Part shown: positions 25,540 to 39,249 of the stretch, piece after piece
How positions within the stretch are numbered: the first letter of the stretch is position 1
How the letters are laid out: every line of letters starts with the position of its first letter
NCBI RefSeq assembly: GCF_006345805.1
Contig: NC_043014.1
Coordinates: forward strand, 2,790,001-2,854,000
Length of the DNA stretch: 64,000 nt
Origin: Octopus sinensis
Lineage: Eukaryota
Direction of reading: 5' to 3'
Made by a program: the position numbers and the translations under genes
The notes under the pieces: generated by a model
Told to the model about the DNA's origin: nothing
What the model saw: the letters and a program-made list of their open reading frames with translations, nothing else
The model's database searches: none

Positions 25540-25750
25540 CATGGAGTAAGCACATAAATGTGAAACAAGGTAGAAAAAGGAGTACTCAAATACCAGAGGT
25601 AGAGTAATATGCTTTATTTAGAAGCAGCAGAAATATCACAAAAACTGTTACTCAGAGTTTCACGTTCCCATTAGATTCTAACAAAACTGTCCGACAAAAG
25701 GGAACGTGAAACTCTGAGTACCGGTTTTTGTGATATTACTGCTGCTTTTA
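25540..25750. mobile_element. Penelope-like terminal fragment with inverted arms and a degenerate hammerhead-like motif
   Basis: ~45-bp inverted arms; ccgacaa..gaaactctgagta motif; left part recurs at ~38580-38655 and ~41065-41135. Confidence 0.5.
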
Positions 25751-26550
25751 AATGATATATATATATCTATATATATATATGTATATATATTGCACAACAG
25801 AAACGCATTCATCCAGACAGACAAACAACTCCACACACATATATTTATGTCTACACGTAACAGAAAGTTTTTGCTATGTTAGAAATAGGTTGTGTGTGTT
25901 TCGTATTTTCAACATCATTAGACGGCAAAGTGTTTGTGCCTTTGTTCATGTGTTTGGCTGTGTGCGTTTGTGCATGCAGTAGTATGCTTTGTGAAGTATG
26001 TATACATACTTTTATGCATATGGCTACATGTGTGTGCATGTGTATTTAGATATGAGAACAAAAGTACCGTGAACTTGTCACGGGGAGTGGAAAATTCAAC
26101 GTAGAATGTATTTAAATATGTGTGCATCTAAGCAGATATGGGAGAGCGTATGTAGTGTGGCATCATATATAAATGTGTATGTCAGTGGTTCCCAAAGTGG
26201 TGGTGGTGGTGTGGATACTGTCCCCTTTGGGGCTGTGAAAAGATTCAGTGGGGTGTTGAAGAAAAATGGAGCGAAAATGGGGTGGCCAAAAGGGGGTGAT
26301 GGATGTAAAAACAAGAGAATGGGTTAATTAGGTTTAGTTTTATCTGTGAATTAGTTTTTTTGGATTTGTTGCAGAAAGGGGTCCATGTGTGTGGTGGTGA
26401 GTAGGGAGGGGCACTAGGAATGTTGCTTGGGTGCCAAGGAGGTGGCATCCTCCCCACCAAAATTCAGGAATCACAGGTGTATGTATAGCTGTGAACACAT
26501 ATATATACATAAGTGTGTGTGTAGGAAGTGAGTTTGTTTTGCCAATCCTT

Positions 26551-27858
26551 TCAAGAAGAATGGAGTGCTCGGACATGTTTGGACAAAGTGGAAGAATGTG
26601 TGAAAGTCTTGAAGCAATATCGGCACTGGAAGGGCCTCTCTCCCGAGTGGGTCCTCAAATGTGATTGGAGATTAGATGAGACAGAAAACGTCTTGCAGCA
26701 GAGGGGACACTCAAACGGTTTCTCTCCAGAATGCTTTCGCATGTGGAGGGCCAGATTGGAAGCCTGAGCAAACCTCTTGTTACAGATTGAACACAGAAAC
26801 GGTTTCTCGCCAGTATGGGTTCGGATGTGCCGGGTTAATGTTGACGACAGAGCAAAACTACGAGAACAGATGTCGCACTGGAATGGTTTCTCGCCTGAGT
26901 GAACTCGACTATGTTTCCATAATGTTGAAGAATGAGAGAACGTCTTCTCACAAATCGGGCATTTGAAGGGCTTCTCTCCAGAGTGCACACGCATGTGGGC
27001 TGTCAGGTTGGCCATCGCTGAAAAGTGTTTATCACAAAAATCACAGGTGTAAGGTCGTTCTGTTGAGTGTGTCCTCATGTGCTTCCACCTGGTGGAAGAA
27101 TGGGAAAATGCTTTTGCACATATTCGGCATCTGTATGGCTTCTCTCCGGAATGAACTCTGAGGTGTTGAGAGAGTGTAGAAGAATGGGAGAAAGATTTAT
27201 TGCACACTACACACATATGCGGTTTTTCCCCAGAATGTGTCTTGAGGTGAGATGTTAAGTTTGATGGCATCGAAAACGTTTTGTCACATTGGTTACACAT
27301 GTAGGGTTTCAAACCAGATGTGTGTTTGGAACGGACATGTTTCGACAAGGTCGAAGAATGGGCAAACGCCCTCAAGCACACTTGACACGAGAACGGCTTT
27401 TCACCAGAATGTACTCTTGAATGAACACGCAAGTTTGCAGCCGTGGAGAAACTTTTCTCACACACCATACACGTGTACGGCCTCAGGCCAGAGTGGCATT
27501 TCACATGTCGGGAAAGACTTGAGGTGTGAGCAAAAGACTTGTCACAAATATTGCAGTTGATCGACTGGCGATCGATTTTATTGACAAATTCAGATGTCAA
27601 GGGCTGTAGATGTGAACCATTATGGTTTTCCAGTTTTTTTGATAACACATGAGTTTCTAAATGTTTGAGTAAGTTGGAACCGTGGCTGAAAGTCTTGTTG
27701 CACGTGTTGCAGGTGTAAGGACAGGTTGTGGAGTGACTACGCTTATGTCGGTAAAGGCTGGACGAATGGCTGAAGCCCTTCCCACACTTTGCGCACACGA
27801 AGGGCTGTTCTGTGGCGGGTTTAGCCAAAGTTGATATGGATTCAGTAAGGGCAGTCAT
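26551..27858 (-). CDS. C2H2 zinc-finger protein (435 aa; 14 fingers), single coding exon
   Basis: Tandem CxxC..HxxxH with SGEKP linkers; minus-strand acceptor ttttctgttacag at 28259 upstream. Confidence 0.95.
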   Translation of the reverse strand: MTALTESISTLAKPATEQPFVCAKCGKGFSHSSSLYRHKRSHSTTCPYTCNTCNKTFSHGSNLLKHLETHVLSKKLENHNGSHLQPLTSEFVNKIDRQSINCNICDKSFAHTSSLSRHVKCHSGLRPYTCMVCEKSFSTAANLRVHSRVHSGEKPFSCQVCLRAFAHSSTLSKHVRSKHTSGLKPYMCNQCDKTFSMPSNLTSHLKTHSGEKPHMCVVCNKSFSHSSTLSQHLRVHSGEKPYRCRICAKAFSHSSTRWKHMRTHSTERPYTCDFCDKHFSAMANLTAHMRVHSGEKPFKCPICEKTFSHSSTLWKHSRVHSGEKPFQCDICSRSFALSSTLTRHIRTHTGEKPFLCSICNKRFAQASNLALHMRKHSGEKPFECPLCCKTFSVSSNLQSHLRTHSGERPFQCRYCFKTFTHSSTLSKHVRALHSS

Positions 27859-28258
27859 TATTGTTGGTATTTCTTGATTTTTAAGAAAGAATTTATTTTA
27901 TTTTATTTTATTTTATTTTATTTTATCTAGTTTCAGCTCACAAGCTGTGGCCATGCTGGGGCACTGCCATTTTCAGAAATTACTCATTTCTTCAGATTTT
28001 TTTTTTCCAGAAAATCCCAGAAAATTTAAAGGGACAAAAAAAGGGGAATAAAAAGAGAAAAAACCAAACAAGTGGATAAGGATGTGAGATGTGAACTTTT
28101 AAGTCTGGTGTTTGAAACCCTTTAAAAGTATTTAAGTGTGGGGCTTTTATTCATTTTTCAACTGGTCAGTATTATTTGGCTGTTGATGTTGGGGGTGGGG
28201 TGAATAAGAGACTTTTCTAGAGTTTGGTGTGGTAGGGGTTACGGAGTGTTGCGGTCAC

Positions 28259-28400
28259 CTGTAACAGAAAAGTCTTGTCTTTTGAGACGGATAAAGAGTA
28301 TGTGTGTGTGTGTGAGTGTATGAATGTATATGAGTGTGTTTCTGAAAATGTGTGAATGTATGTGTATGGGGGAGGAGGAGGACGGGGAAGAAGGATTTAC
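28259..28400 (-). other. Candidate 142-nt 5'UTR intron of the minus-strand ZNF gene
   Basis: Donor GAG|GTAAAT at 28400 and acceptor ttttctgttacag| at 28259. Confidence 0.5.
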
Positions 28401-29384
28401 CTCACGACTGATCCCCCTAGATTCGTCCCTTCAAGGCTGACAAACTAAACACCAACAACAACCAATCAGTTCCAGCTTGTAATAAAGACTTATGATTCGA
28501 GGAAGGATTACCAAAAGGTGGTGGTGGTCATGGCAGGGAACGAGTACCTTTTGGCTGGTCTTCTTTTTTCTCTTTTTTCTTTTCTTTTTTTTTCTTTCTT
28601 TACATTGAAACTAAAGCTTACAAGGATTTTGTCATGTTTGGAAATCAAAACATAACAACCACAAGCCTTAATCTTCTTTATAACGACTGGATTTGATTAA
28701 GCCATCAATTGTAGTTGTCAATCCAAACCAAACAAAAGAATTTTCATCATCATCATCATCATCATCATCAATGATGACAGAACATATTTTTTGGAAATAG
28801 ATTTTTTTTTGTTTCATAAATGTATCCAAATACGTGGAACACCTGAAAAAAAAAAAAAAATGAAAATTAGTAGGAAAAGAATAGAGCAGCAAAATTGGTA
28901 GAAATTCTGCGAATGGTATCTAGTTCCATTTTTCTATGTTCTAAGATCTATCAATGCTAATGTTGACTTTAGCAGTCATGATTCCTATCACAGCAGGAGT
29001 GGCTGTGTGGTAAGTAGCTTGCTAACCGACCACATGATTCCGGGTTCAGTCCCACTGCGTGGCACCTTGGGCAAGTGTCTTCTGCTATAGCCCCGGCCCG
29101 ACCAATGCCTTGTGAGTGGATTTGGTAGACGGAAACTGAAAGAAGCCCGTCGTATATATGTATATATATATGTGTGTGTGTGTGTGTGTTTGTCCCCCTA
29201 GCATTGCTTGACAACCGATGCTAGTGTGTTTACGTCCCCGTCACTTAGCGGTTCGGCAAAAAGAGACCGATAGAATAAGTACTGGGCTTACAAAGAATAA
29301 GTCCTGGGGTCGATTTGCTCGACTAAAGGCGGTGCTCCAGCATGGCCACAGTCAAATGACTGAAACAAGTAAAAGAGAGAGTTA

Positions 29385-29415
<31 letters not shown>

Positions 29416-29428
29416 TATTATTATTATT

Positions 29429-29981
29429 GTGTGAGAGAGCAGTGCATGCCATCAAAGTGACACTGGGGTAAAATATATGAAGCCCAGTATACCCATCATG
29501 ACTACCCGTCTCATAAGGGTACACCAGGCACATGCATCACAACCATATGTGCGCGACATGGTGATCTCATATCAAGATAAACAGTGCATGACCTTACAGG
29601 TGGGGCCCAGTTAGAATTTTCGTCAGGTTGAGTAGCCCATCACACTCAAAAGGTCCCTGAATAAGGGTTATTTAAGGATGTTGAACGAACCACCCATGTT
29701 TCCAGAGGTGAATTATCCAAACTCCAAAGAATCCGTCTCAACACATGGCTATGATGCTCCCCCACTACTTCTGCTCGTGATCAGAGATGCACATATCGTC
29801 AGCCACTAAGGGACATGCTCAACTGGTCAAGGTCAAACAACTGACAAGCAAATCTGTGGTATTGAGCAGAATATTTGCTGTAGCCATCTTTTATACCAGA
29901 ACAAAACAATGTACATGATAGCACATCCAGTCAGTTAAGGTTAAAAGCCATGAGAGCCACAGCCTGGGACTGCATCAGGGC

Positions 29982-29983
<2 letters not shown>
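29429..29983 (-). mobile_element. ~555-bp non-autonomous retroelement embedded in (TAA)n at both ends (truncated copy 19292-19471)
   Basis: Both copies are flanked left and right by (ATT)n arrays. Confidence 0.65.
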
Positions 29984-30014
<31 letters not shown>

Positions 30015-30399
30015 CATCATCATCATTATCATTATTATTATTATTAAGGTAGCAAGCTGGCAGAATTGTTAGGATGAGTCCTGCAAAGATGACAAAGATG
30101 AAAAATGGGGGAACTGTTTTCAAAAGGGGGAGGAAAAGCCAAAAGATAAAAACAAAACTGCCCTTGTGAAGAACTGGGAGTTTTGAAGGGGGAAAAAAAA
30201 CTTAAAAAGGAATTTAAAACTACCCCTGCCACCACCTGCTCTTTGGCCTTTTTTTGTGGAAGGAATGTGTTCCACTGGTCAGGAATTCCATTTGCTGTCA
30301 ATGTCTGCTGCTTGTGAAGGGCTGGGCATGCTATGGATAATAACAAGCATTAATTGAAAGAAACACAGAGCATCTCAATAGAAATATGGTAAGAAAGGA

Positions 30400-30626
30400 T
30401 TAACCCTTTCATTACCGTATTTATTTTAAGATATTCTGTGTTTCTTTCAATTACTTTAAATATAACAAAGAATTCAGTAAAATAACTTAGTATCATTAAG
30501 CTGTGTTAGGAACATAAATTGTGACTAAGGTTTGGTGGAAGATTTTAATTCAAAACTTATGAAAACAAAATACTTGTACTACAGAGCCAGAGCCAGTTTC
30601 AGCCGGGTTGGTATCAAAAGGGTTAA
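30400..30626. mobile_element. piggyBac-type MITE, family 1
   Basis: TTAA-CCCTTTCATTACC ... GGTATCAAAAGGG-TTAA; imperfect 13-bp TIR with TTAA TSD. Confidence 0.8.
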
Positions 30627-31692
30627 TGGTGTTTTATTCTTCTTCAAGTGCTGAGCATGAAGGCACATGACTCTGTGGTTCGGGCATTTGGTTTACAGCC
30701 ATAAGGCTGTATGTTCGATTCCTGGTGGTGTGTTGTGTCCTTGAGCAAGACACTTTATTTCACATTCCTCCAGTCCAGTCAGCTAGCAAAGATGAGTCGC
30801 ACCTTGTATTTCAAAGAGACAGCCTTGTCCTATTCTGTGTCAGGCTGAATCTCCCTAAAACTACATTAAGAGGTACGTGTGTCTTTGGAGTGCTCAGGAC
30901 ACTTGATTCATCATCATCATCACCATCATCATTTAACGTCTGCTTTCATGGCTAGCATGGGTTGGACGGTTCGACTGGGGTCTGGGAAGCCAGGAGGCTG
31001 CACCAGGCTCCAGTCTGATCTGGCAGTGTTCCTACAGCTTGATGCCCTTTCTAACGCCAACCACTCCGTGAGTGTAGTGGGTGCTTTTTACGTGCCACCA
31101 GCATAGGTGCCAGGCGAGGCTGGCAACGGCCATGATCGGTTGGTGCAAACCAACTGAGAGCCAGAATGTTCTGAGTTCAAATTCTGCTGAGGTTGACTTT
31201 GCCTTTCATCCTTTTGGGGTCAATTAAATACGTACCAATTGAGCACTGGGGGGCGATGCTATCGACTAGCTTCTCCCCAAAATTTCAGGGGCCTTCTGCC
31301 TATAATAGAAAGGATCATTACAAAATAAAGTACTGGGATCAATTTATCCCCTCTGGAAGGGGTTGACTGGCAAAACTGATTTTGACAGGGTTTAGTGTGA
31401 ACTGAGAATGGAAGAGGGAACTGCAACACAGACTGCATTTCATTTTTGCCTAACATTCTAACAATTCTGTTAATTTGCTTCTAAGGTTTACTCTTTTACT
31501 CTTTTACTTGTTTCAGTCATTTGACTGCGGCCATGCTGGAGCACCGCCTCTAATCGAGCAAATCGACCCCGGGACTTATTCTTTTGTAAGCCCAGTACTT
31601 ATTCTATTGGTCTCTTGTTGCCGAACCGCTAAGTGACAGGAATGTAAACACACACGCATCGGTTGTCAAGCAATGCTAGGGGGACAAACACA

Positions 31693-31801
<109 letters not shown>

Positions 31802-32137
31802 TACGACGGGCTTCTTTCAGTTTCCGTCTACCAAATCCACTCACAAGGCATTGGTTGGCCTGGGGCTATAGCAGAAGACACTTGCCCAAGATGCCACGCA
31901 GTGGGACTGAACCCGGAACCATGTGGTTGGTTAGCAAGCTACTTACCACACAGCCACTCCTGCGCCTATGTATGTATATATATACCTTTGCCCATATAAT
32001 ACAATAGATGAACTAATTGCTTGGCAATTTTTAACATCTATGTATTAGTCTTGTTGGGTACCTATCTAGCAGTATATTGGATATATGTTATCCCATGGTG
32101 GGTTGAATTTTTCAACCCCTATCTCATTTTATAATAT

Positions 32138-32196
<59 letters not shown>

Positions 32197-32479
32197 ATAG
32201 ATATACGATGGGCTTCTTTCAGTTTCCGTCTACCAAATCCACTCACAAGGCATTGGTCGGCCCGGGGCTATAGCAGTAGGCACTTGCCCAAGATGCCCCG
32301 CAGTAGGACTGAACCCGGAACCATGTGGTTGGTTAGCAAGCTACTTACCACACAGCCACTCCTCTCACACAATACCAGAAAACAGCAATTTGCACCACTC
32401 CCCGGTGCTCTTCTATAATAGCTTTGTTTTTCAGAAGGGAAAAAGTACTTAATGAGTTACTTGGAGTAGCAGCTGCAGC

Positions 32480-32730
32480 AGTAGCAGCAACATTAGTAGT
32501 AGTAGTAGTAGTGGTGGTGGTGGTGGTGGCAGTAAAGTAGTATTAGTAACAACTGTACTAGTAAAAACAGCAGCAATAGTAATTGTGGTGGTGGTGATAG
32601 TAGTAGTAGTGGCAGTAGTGGTGGTTGTAATAGTAGTGGTCGTAATGGTTGCTTTACTGGTAGTAGTAGTAGTAGTAGTAGTATTAATAGTAGTGGTAGT
32701 GATGGTGGTGGTGGTGGTGGTTACAGTAGA
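32480..32730. repeat. (GTA/GTG)n trinucleotide low-complexity tract
   Basis: Direct inspection. Confidence 0.9.
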
Positions 32731-32929
32731 ATTAACAAACAAAAATTCAGCAGTAATTCCTACAGTAGCCATTGTTGTCACTGTTTAACCACAGGTCAGA
32801 CCTGATCGAGCATGCCTATGATCAGAGAACTTCCAGTCACGACCATCTATCACGTCCTTCTCTTAGGCTTTGTCTATCTAAGACTACATGACCCAATGTG
32901 ACCCCACAACCTTTTTCAAGGATATACAT

Positions 32930-32964
<35 letters not shown>

Positions 32965-35900
32965 ATTGATTTAGCTGCTGTTTCTAGAAGGCTGAGCGAC
33001 CACATGGTGTCTCCTCTTTGGAAGGGTTGGAATTATCAATATTTAGCGATGGGATGCATTGTCCTTCATGCCTTTACAGTACCGCAGTGATTTAAGCTAA
33101 ACTCGTAGTTTTTATTTAAAGAAATGTAAAAATAACCAAAAAACAAAATAAAACAAGAAGTGAAGTCGTTCATGCTTTCCATGAGTCGACGAAGGGTTCC
33201 CTAGTGGTCGCTCGATCTGCTAAAAATAGCAGCGGATGTCCCTAAAATTACGCAGTGGAATCTTGAAAAAGGTAAAATGCGGGTTAGATAAATACATTTA
33301 TTTTATTTTATTTTATCTAGCTGTGGCCATGCTGGGGCACCGCCACATAGTTCGAATTTCTTTTTTTTTTTTTCTGTGGTGGATAAGTCAATCATATCGA
33401 TCTCAATGTTCGACTGTAATTTTTATCGACCCCGAAAGGATGAAAGGCAAAGTCGACATCGGCGGAATTTGAACTCAGAACGTAAAGACGAATGAAATAC
33501 CGCTAAAGTAAGTACCACTCGAGTATTGGGGGTCGATGTAATCGACTTAGCCTCTCTCTCTCTCTCTCTCTCGAAATTGTTGGCCTTGTGCGAAAATTTG
33601 AAGTCAATATTAAAAGCATCGCGTCTTGGGAAGATTTGACTGCTATTTTTTTTAGTCTGACCTGGGGTTAAATGGCAACTTGAGCCAACGAGGGAACCTC
33701 TACGCCGCGGTCTCACACCTAGAAATAGCAGTCAATACTCTCCCTGTAAATTAAGCCCGATCGTAGTTAGACTTGTCGCTGATCAGACTTGGTGGTTGGT
33801 CTGAGATTAAATAACAACCACCAGCACCCACCACCAAAAACCACTGCCACAGCAACAACAACAATATTAATAATTACAACCACGTAAAGAGAAACCGTCG
33901 CCGCCGCTGCCATCGCACAAGCCAGCCTCCCTACCAGGCCACTCGACCTGTAAAAATAGCAGCCAAATCTCTTTCTTAAATAACGAGTCTGACATCTCGT
34001 CAAAAATATACATATTTAACGATGTAGTTGAATACTGTTACAAAGACAGGACGGTAAGGGCGGGAATGGGTTACATCTTAAATAATTTGCACGATCAGGA
34101 TTGACTCGGGGTTAAACAACAACCGGAACTGCACACCATTTGCTAAAAATAACAGCCAAATCTTTCTGAAATCACGGCCTACCATCTTGGGAAAGTTAAG
34201 GACACATTAAGCAACGTTGTCTTGCACACCCTTAAAACAGCCGTCCCCCAACCTGAGGTCCACCAGATACTTGGAGGGACTCATAAAGATAAATACTTGG
34301 ATCAGTCAGCTGAGTTTGGAGTTTTTTGTTAGACCTTTGAAAAGCCTGGGTCAGTAAGGGATTTCATTTAAATAACACAAAAGTTCACAAACACTGCTCT
34401 AAAATGTCGGCATAGTCATGTTTGGAACACAGGGCCCACCCACTGCAATAAAATGTACGCTACAGTTGTGTACTTTAGCGGCCCTATGCATTAGTATATC
34501 ATAGTTGGGTATTTAGCTGCCTTAATACATTACCCAACCCTCACCCCGTGTGTGTATATGTGATAGATTAATGCACTAAGACCCCTTTCTATACAACCAC
34601 AACGTGCATAGATTGGCATTAGTCTGGGGTCTGTCTTAAGGCTTGGACACCCAGGGGCCCAGTTCTGATTTATGTATGCTATGGTTTACTGTTAAAAACT
34701 GTCGGGTTCAGTACAGTACAGTGATTTGCCCGGGGGGGGGGGCATACTGCTGCTAAGACGGCTCTGATTAAACCCCTAGATTCGTGGGGTAAGTGGGGGC
34801 TCCGGTAATTTTATATACACCTTATAACTGAAAACCAAGTTAAACAATAAAATTTAAAAAACTTCATTACGTATAACTTGGCTGATCGAGCTAACATATG
34901 ACAAAAATTAATTAATTAATTAAATAAGTAAAAGCAAAATTCCTTCCATGGCCTTCCTAACATTTTTTGTATATATCAGAGACTACATAATCCAGTGTAT
35001 TCGCTTTTTGTTTTCTCAAGACAAAAAGGCGAGATTTGAGGAAGACACGGCTGCTATTTTTAGCACATCAAGGTGACTACACAGAGGCTCGCTCTGGCTC
35101 TTAAAAAGTTATAACAAATCATGGTCGTTTGTTCATTTCCTGGTCAGCCTTGTACAATTTTGTGACCATAGGGTATCTAGGATTACGTTACCCAGCGGCC
35201 TTCTTTTTTTTAAAAATCCCTTTTGCCTGACCAAAGCATTTTCAAAAGTTTGTCCTAAAACATCAGAGCTTTCTTTTTTTTTTCTTATTTTCTGTTTCAG
35301 ACTTTTTAGTAAATTCTTATTTCATACGTTCTGAGTAATTTAAAGCTTTCGTTTCATAAGCTCCAAGTTAGTCTGAAGGATGAATTTTAAAAAATGAGAT
35401 TGTGTATCATACATGATGCATTGGACATCAAAGAAATATGTCCTGCGTATCACATATGATACGCAGGGGATCCATTGAGATGGTATAAGATCCTACACTG
35501 GACAGGCAAAAGGTTAAAAGAGCTCCAGCGGTGACCATTGCATATTTTTAAAAAGCGTTTCATCGGTGGCCATCGCGCCTTCTTTGCCTGTCCAAAGCAC
35601 TTTTTTAAGTTTGATCAAAACGTCCCCTGCATATCTTTAAAACTTTAGTTGGCCCTTGTTCGATACGGTTCTGAGTAGAGCAAAGCTTGCCCTTCGTAAG
35701 AGCCAAGTTTCACTTATGGGGGGAAAAAACGTGAGAATATGTATCATATGCGATGCAATGTGATACATAAGATAGGCAAAGAGTTAAAGATATTAGGAAG
35801 TAATTTAAGGAAGATTTGGCTGCTATTTCTAACAGGCGGAAAGCCCACAAGTACGCATTTGATTCGTGTAGGTCGTTCATGATTATGTGACCTACACATC

Positions 35901-36419
35901 GAAAGAACGACGTCTACACTGCTGCCAGTGGTCTCTTTTCACACATTCTTGGATTTTATTGTTTTATTCACATCATAGTCATTGGATGGCGGCCACGCCG
36001 AGGCACGCCTTGCAATTAAATCTTACACATTACTAACTTTTCTTTTCTTTTTTTTTCTACTATTTATTCCATCGGACACTTTTTACGATACGGGGACGTA
36101 AACAAACTAGTACCGATTGTCCTTGAAAGATACAATGAGAATGTGAACACACACACACAATTGTCCCTGTAATAAACGGTTCGGCATTCCTGTAGAATAG
36201 AGTCGGAAAATACTTAGTGCGCAGAAAACCAAAACTTTTCGAATGGGTTTGTTTGTCGCAAATTACTGTCCATCAATTTATTTATTTATCTATTTATTTC
36301 GGCAAAACCATAATCGGCAATGTTACGAAGGCCACGGCAAGAACTTTTATAGTTTGGTCATTCTATAGGAATGCCATCCGTTTGACTTTCGTTTACATAT
36401 ACCTAGACAATCAATCAAT

Positions 36420-36616
36420 CAATCACTCTCTCTCTCTATCTATCTATCACTCTCTCTTTCTCTCTCTCTATCTGTCTGTCTATCTATCTATCACTCTCTC
36501 TCTTTCTCTCTCTCTATCTGCCTGTCATCTATCTATCTATCTCTCTCTTTTTCTCTCTCTATCTGCCTGTCATCTATCTATCTATCTATCTCTTTTTCTC
36601 TCTCTATCTGCCTGTC

Positions 36617-36676
<60 letters not shown>

Positions 36677-36735
36677 GTCTGTCTGTCTGTCTGTCTATCT
36701 GTCTGTCTGTCTATCCATCTATCTATCTACTGTCT
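36420..36735. repeat. (TCTA/TCTG/TC)n compound microsatellite with a ~35-bp higher-order unit
   Basis: ctctctctatctgcctgtcatctatctatc repeated three times. Confidence 0.9.
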
Positions 36736-36793
36736 TTCGCTACACACACACACACACACACACTCTCTCTCTCAAACAATCCGGCGAACTTTG

Positions 36794-36837
<44 letters not shown>

Positions 36838-36965
36838 GAGAGAGAGAGAGAAGAATACAGTGTACATTCAAACACATAAGAGATACCCAGGAAATAGGAT
36901 ATCTGACTCACTAGAAAGAGCAGTTAAACTCCAAGCCACTAATTGTAATTCTGAAAGTGATTGAA

Positions 36966-37020
<55 letters not shown>

Positions 37021-37278
37021 TAGGCGTGCTCCAATATGGCCGCATTCCATCGCCAGAAATGCACTAAAAACATGAAAGAAAGAACAAACAACTAAACTGT
37101 TACAAAGTTCGCCGGGTTGTGTGTGTGTGCAGGAGAGAGAGAGAGAGAGAAAGAAAGAGAGAGAGAGTGTGTGTGTGTGTGTAAAGTGAAAGACACACAC
37201 ACACTATATATATATATACACACACATATATATATAACACACATATATATATATACACACACACACATATATATATAT

Positions 37279-37325
<47 letters not shown>

Positions 37326-38503
37326 TGGTTTTTGTATCTGGTTTGCAAGATTCCTTATGTGAATTCGTGTATTGAAACAAATTTTGTTGTGTCTGGGGAG
37401 GTATTACACTTAATTTTTAAATACGTTTAGTGACACAAACAAGAAAACACAATCATTACTTGTGTACAAACCACACGCGATCAAGTGACCGACCAGACTA
37501 TCAGGTGTCACACATCGCAGGTCACAGTGCGCTTTTTCATTGTTTTAGTCTTCAAAGGACGCCAACCCCGCTGGTGGGGCGAGCAGGTCAACACTCCCCC
37601 ACTGATCTAAGTGGGGCACTGGAGCAATGTAAAACGAAGCGGTTTTGCCCGGGAACACAACGCTCCGCCCAGTCAGGGAATCGAACCTGCGATCTGTCGA
37701 TCGGGAGTACAACAGCGTAACCACTGGCCCACGCTCCGCCACGAGTGTATATAAATATATATTCTAAATCACCAGAAGTTATAACTGTGACTCGAGGACA
37801 CAGTTTCGTCCATAGCACTTTTCAAACTCTGTGTGTGTGTGTGTGTGTGTATGAATGTGTGTGTGTGTGTGTGTATGAATGTGTGTGTGTGTGTGTCGCG
37901 CGCAATTGTTTATTCAAAGAGTCACAGGACTCAACGCAGTCTAGCAGTAACATGTGACTCAGGAGTCAAAAATTTCCTGTCAACCGAATCTAGTGATCAA
38001 ACATTAAAAAAATAAGCAATCTTTCGGTATAAGTAGACGACGTCATTCACCTTCTTTTCCAGCCTAGCCTTTTTATCTATGTCATAAGGAGCGTTGTGTA
38101 GGTGAATGAAGAGGATGGTGACTGCTTAGAGACATAAGGCCTGTAATAAAAACCTGCCTAGATACGTGTCTTCACAGCAAGAAACTAATAGTGGCTCATA
38201 GCTTTATATCGTGCATATAAAATGATATTTATCTCACACTGGATGGAGTACATCTTTTTCTTGATCTCACCTTAACGGAGCAGGAACAGCAAACTGTATA
38301 TCTATCTGTCTATCTATCAATCTATCTATCTATCTATGAGTATGTATACTTATCTCTACCGCATCAAAACTTTCTTTTCTCTCTCATATATATACATACA
38401 TACATATATATACATACATACATATATATATACATATATGTACATACATACATATATACACATATATATATACATACATACATATATATATACATACATA
38501 CAT

Positions 38504-38560
<57 letters not shown>

Positions 38561-38999
38561 CATACATCTTTGCTTTGAATAAAGCATATTACTCTACCAC
38601 TGGTATTTGAGTACTCTTTTTTCCAACTTGTTTCACATTTATGTGTTTACTCTGGTATTTATATATATATATATATATATATAAGGACGTATGCGTATGC
38701 ATGAAACATGCCGTTTTCAATTTCCCTCTCTTTCTTAACCAGTTCTATCTCTACATTTCGTAATTCTTCCAGCGTACCCCACACACCCCTCCAACCCTCT
38801 CCGCCACCCCCTCGACAACAACAACAACAACAACAAAAGAAGAAAAACCCTTCCATTCAGCACAGAATAGCCAAAATGAAGAACCAGGGTGGTATGGGTG
38901 GTGCTGAAGAACCAAACCTAAAACCAACACACACACACATACATAATGTGTGTGTGTGTGTGTGTGCAAGACCGAATTGGTAAAATAAGAAAAACTTAC

Positions 39000-39143
39000 C
39001 AGAAGTTTATATCGTCGTGGCCGCAACAACAACAACAACAACCATTATCATCATCATCATCACCATTTCGACCCTGACCTTCATCTTTGTCATCATCATC
39101 ATCGTCATCATCGGGATTATAATTATTTGTTTTAACAAGTTGC
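39000..39143 (-). other. Candidate 144-nt internal exon
   Basis: Acceptor tttcttttggcag| at 39144 and donor CTG|GTAAGT at 38999; one frame open but low-complexity (D/C-rich). Confidence 0.35.
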
Positions 39144-39249
39144 CTGCCAAAAGAAACGAAGTTCTTTTTTTACAGCAACGGAAAAACTTTCGAGAGACAC
39201 AAGACCAAGTTTTCGGTTTTAGCTTCCACCCAGTTTATCTCGCTTCACC

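Noticed and set aside
36740-37200. Inverted repeat around caa[t/c]ccggcgaactttgta
   Set aside because: Only ~21 bp of unique core; the rest is microsatellite
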